Source: Parcubacteria group bacterium (lineage in GTDB: Bacteria; Patescibacteriota; Minisyncoccia; JACPHC01). From it: a stretch of DNA of 64,000 nt. The stretch lies in NCBI GenBank assembly GCA_016188775.1, contig JACPHC010000001.1:45519-109518 (forward strand). Direction: 5' to 3'. The translations under genes were made by a program, and so were the position numbers. Every line of letters begins with the position of its first letter. Position 1 is the first letter of the stretch. Shown here in pieces: positions 61,994 through 64,000 of this stretch. The notes beneath the pieces are model-generated. The model was not told the DNA's origin, did not search any database, and saw only the letters and a program-made list of their open reading frames with translations.

Positions 61994-63949
61994 CTATTTT
62001 ATGTCTTTATACACCCGCTGAACAAATGGATGATCAGGAAAAGGGGTGCTGAAGTGTTTCTGCAAAACAGCTTGACCCTGGCTAATTCGACCAATAGCAA
62101 TAAGTCCGGCGCCGGCATAAGCGGCAATTTCGTTGAATGATCCGTCAAGAATATAGGCCTGCTCAAAAAGACGGGCAGCTGCTTGTTGATCGCCAATCGC
62201 ATAAGCAATTTTCCCCTGTTCCAATAACAAACGCTGCTTTCGCGGCGAGAGCTGGCGCGCTTTCTCAAGATCTAACAAAGCATTGCGTGTGTCGATGTAA
62301 ACTCCGTAGGCGATCGAGCGCATCACATACGCGCGAGCATCGTTTGGAATTTTGGCAACTTGTTTTGACATTTCCACGACCGCCATTTGAGCAACCCGAA
62401 CCTTGATAAAATCCTGAACGCCCACAGAAGCGGCAAGGCGCGAAGAAAAAAGAATCATTTGCTCGCTTATTTCCTGCCGACCAAAATTATATTTCAAAGC
62501 GCGGTTAAAATGACTCAACGCGATATCAACATCGGCCGATCGCAAAGCGCGGCCAAGCTCCAAAGCCGCGCCAAACGGCCTGTGGACGAAGAAAAAAATA
62601 GCCACCAAAAACAACACGATAGCCGCCCCCGCGATAATTCCAAAATTACGCGCCATAGACAAATTCCCGATTTTCCAAAATATTCGCGGTTCCGCGTTTC
62701 CAAAAACTTTTTTTTCGAAAAAGGATTTGCTTAATTCTACTCTATGACCATACGCTAAAAGCGTTGCGAACATAATCGAACTTACAACATTATCAAAAAC
62801 AAAAAGAGAGTGGACCGCGAAAGCGACAACAAGACCAATCATCACGACGCCGGCAATAACCGCATCTTCGTAAAGCCAAACGGCCCGGAACAAAAACCAA
62901 AAAAGAGATACGAAAAGCGCGCCGGCAGCGAGACCGCCGGCAACCATCCAATCCAAAAAAGAATTATGCGCTCGATCAAACCATTCCTCCTGACCAAACA
63001 AAGACGGCTCATAATATTTATTAAAAACATAATTAAATCCTTCTTGCCCCCAGCCAAATACTGGACGCTCTTTCACCCCCTCAAGCGCCATACGCCAAAT
63101 TGTAAATCGAGTTTTACCTTCTTCCAAAGAAATTGATGCAATATCGGAAAAAACTGGATATTTTCTAAATTCAGACAACCTGGACACAGTAAAAATACCA
63201 ATCACCAGCATCGCTCCGGCTCCGATTAAAACAACAGTTTCGCGACTGATGCCATAACGAGCGATCCATACAATGCTTATAGCAATAAACACTCCAATAA
63301 TAAGACCTAAAAGCGCGCCGCGAGTTTGAGTGCCAAATAAAGTAACAATATTCAGCAACAGCGAGGCTGATAAAAAGATTGTCGCCGGGCGCGATCTATT
63401 CAATCTATCGCTGAACGCGTAAACACCTAAGAATATATGGAAAAGGGCGTAGATGCCAAGATAAGTCGGATTACCAAACGGACCGCCTCCGCTCACGCTC
63501 ATCCAGGCGCTTACCTCAAAAAAAGAACCGAGAGAAACAATCGCCGAAACACCTAAAGACGCGAACCAAAAATAATGCCACATTCGCTTTGCGCTGAGCG
63601 TCGCTGACACAACGACAAAAAAAGCGAACACGTGTAAAAGGCCTACCCAACCTTCCATTCGCTCGAAATTTCCCCAAAAAGCCTTTATGAGATTTTCGGC
63701 AAATATATTCGCTAAAAACATCCACGCGACAAAAAGAAAAAATACGGTTAAAATCCGGGAACGGCGCGCTCGAAAAGATGGTTCACGCAACGCAAGCAGT
63801 AACCATCCAAAAAAAGCGATTTCAATTAAGATGCGAAAAAATGCGGCCTTTCCTACCACAAAAGGAAAAAACAAGCTATCGCTCACGATAAGCGGCGTCA
63901 AAAGAACTCCAAAAACAGCGGTAATCGTTATGGCATAGACAATCTTCAT
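61994..63949 (-). CDS. O-antigen ligase (Wzy_C)-domain polytopic membrane protein with C-terminal TPR repeats
   Basis: 651 aa with ~10-12 TM helices. TQTRGALLGLIIG and RAHNSFLDWMVAGGL match the Wzy_C/WaaL loop motifs. The C-terminal ~200 aa form TPR-like helical repeats. Confidence 0.7.
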   Translation of the reverse strand: MKIVYAITITAVFGVLLTPLIVSDSLFFPFVVGKAAFFRILIEIAFFGWLLLALREPSFRARRSRILTVFFLFVAWMFLANIFAENLIKAFWGNFERMEGWVGLLHVFAFFVVVSATLSAKRMWHYFWFASLGVSAIVSLGSFFEVSAWMSVSGGGPFGNPTYLGIYALFHIFLGVYAFSDRLNRSRPATIFLSASLLLNIVTLFGTQTRGALLGLIIGVFIAISIVWIARYGISRETVVLIGAGAMLVIGIFTVSRLSEFRKYPVFSDIASISLEEGKTRFTIWRMALEGVKERPVFGWGQEGFNYVFNKYYEPSLFGQEEWFDRAHNSFLDWMVAGGLAAGALFVSLFWFLFRAVWLYEDAVIAGVVMIGLVVAFAVHSLFVFDNVVSSIMFATLLAYGHRVELSKSFFEKKVFGNAEPRIFWKIGNLSMARNFGIIAGAAIVLFLVAIFFFVHRPFGAALELGRALRSADVDIALSHFNRALKYNFGRQEISEQMILFSSRLAASVGVQDFIKVRVAQMAVVEMSKQVAKIPNDARAYVMRSIAYGVYIDTRNALLDLEKARQLSPRKQRLLLEQGKIAYAIGDQQAAARLFEQAYILDGSFNEIAAYAGAGLIAIGRISQGQAVLQKHFSTPFPDHPFVQRVYKDIK

Positions 63950-64000
63950 AAGCCATCGTTAGCGGCTTCCTCTAGGCCGATTTCTTGTGATTCTATTTGC

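Noticed and set aside
47466-64000. Idea that the entire right-hand 16 kb is a horizontally acquired island because of higher GC
   Set aside because: GC rises mainly inside Gly/Ala/Pro-rich secreted-protein genes (55-63% locally) and falls back to about 32-40% in the membrane-protein genes. Composition tracks amino-acid bias rather than a uniform foreign signature. No integrase or att site is present.

Overview
This is a 64 kb, AT-rich (about 35-40% GC) bacterial chromosomal window whose gene content resembles a Candidate Phyla Radiation-type genome: small genome housekeeping genes interspersed with giant secreted repeat proteins, cohesin/dockerin modules and O-antigen-ligase/TPR fusions. The protein functions below were assigned by reading the supplied six-frame translations and the DNA directly; no database search was possible.

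Housekeeping genes I recognise with high confidence: rpmA and rplI (convergently overlapping), an S41 C-terminal processing peptidase, def-fmt-efp, a PLP-dependent MetY/MetC-family enzyme, the hrcA-grpE-dnaK-dnaJ(-like) operon with a CIRCE operator, tRNA-Lys(UUU), cysS, dnaB, recR and rplU.

Accessory content worth attention:
- A 13 kb co-directional minus-strand cluster: Trx-like, Grx, DsbA-like, FtsX/MacB-type ABC transporter, CheY-only response regulator, a 2551-aa secreted beta-helix/propeller/FN3 protein with paired-Cys repeats and near-identical internal DNA tandem repeats, and CcdA.
- A small glycoside locus: a PaaX/Cas2-like regulator flanked by twin 44-48 bp perfect palindromes, a GH1 beta-glucosidase, and an unusual DMT-permease/GH5-like fusion.
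- A minus-strand operon trxB / PAS-GAF histidine kinase / CheY-only response regulator / dockerin protein / cohesin protein.
- A second PAS histidine kinase and response regulator pair, next to an HTH(Xis-like) plus two small unknown genes that could be a toxin-antitoxin or defence module.
- A long minus-strand run of uncharacterised membrane and secreted proteins, including a split Cache-like sensor, a Gly-rich repeat protein, a LytR_C protein, and a 1377-aa protein combining BNR (Asp-box) repeats, a Gly-rich region and a C-terminal Peptidase_S74 intramolecular-chaperone domain.
- An O-antigen-ligase/TPR membrane protein at the right end.

Non-coding observations: several long perfect palindromes or inverted repeats (361-456, 5430-5461, 33331-33378 and 34107-34150), a GC-rich structured intergenic element between dnaB and recR that is a candidate ncRNA, a G9 homopolymer tract, rho-independent terminators, and a sigma70-like promoter.

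I saw no CRISPR array, no rRNA and no clear transposase or integrase.
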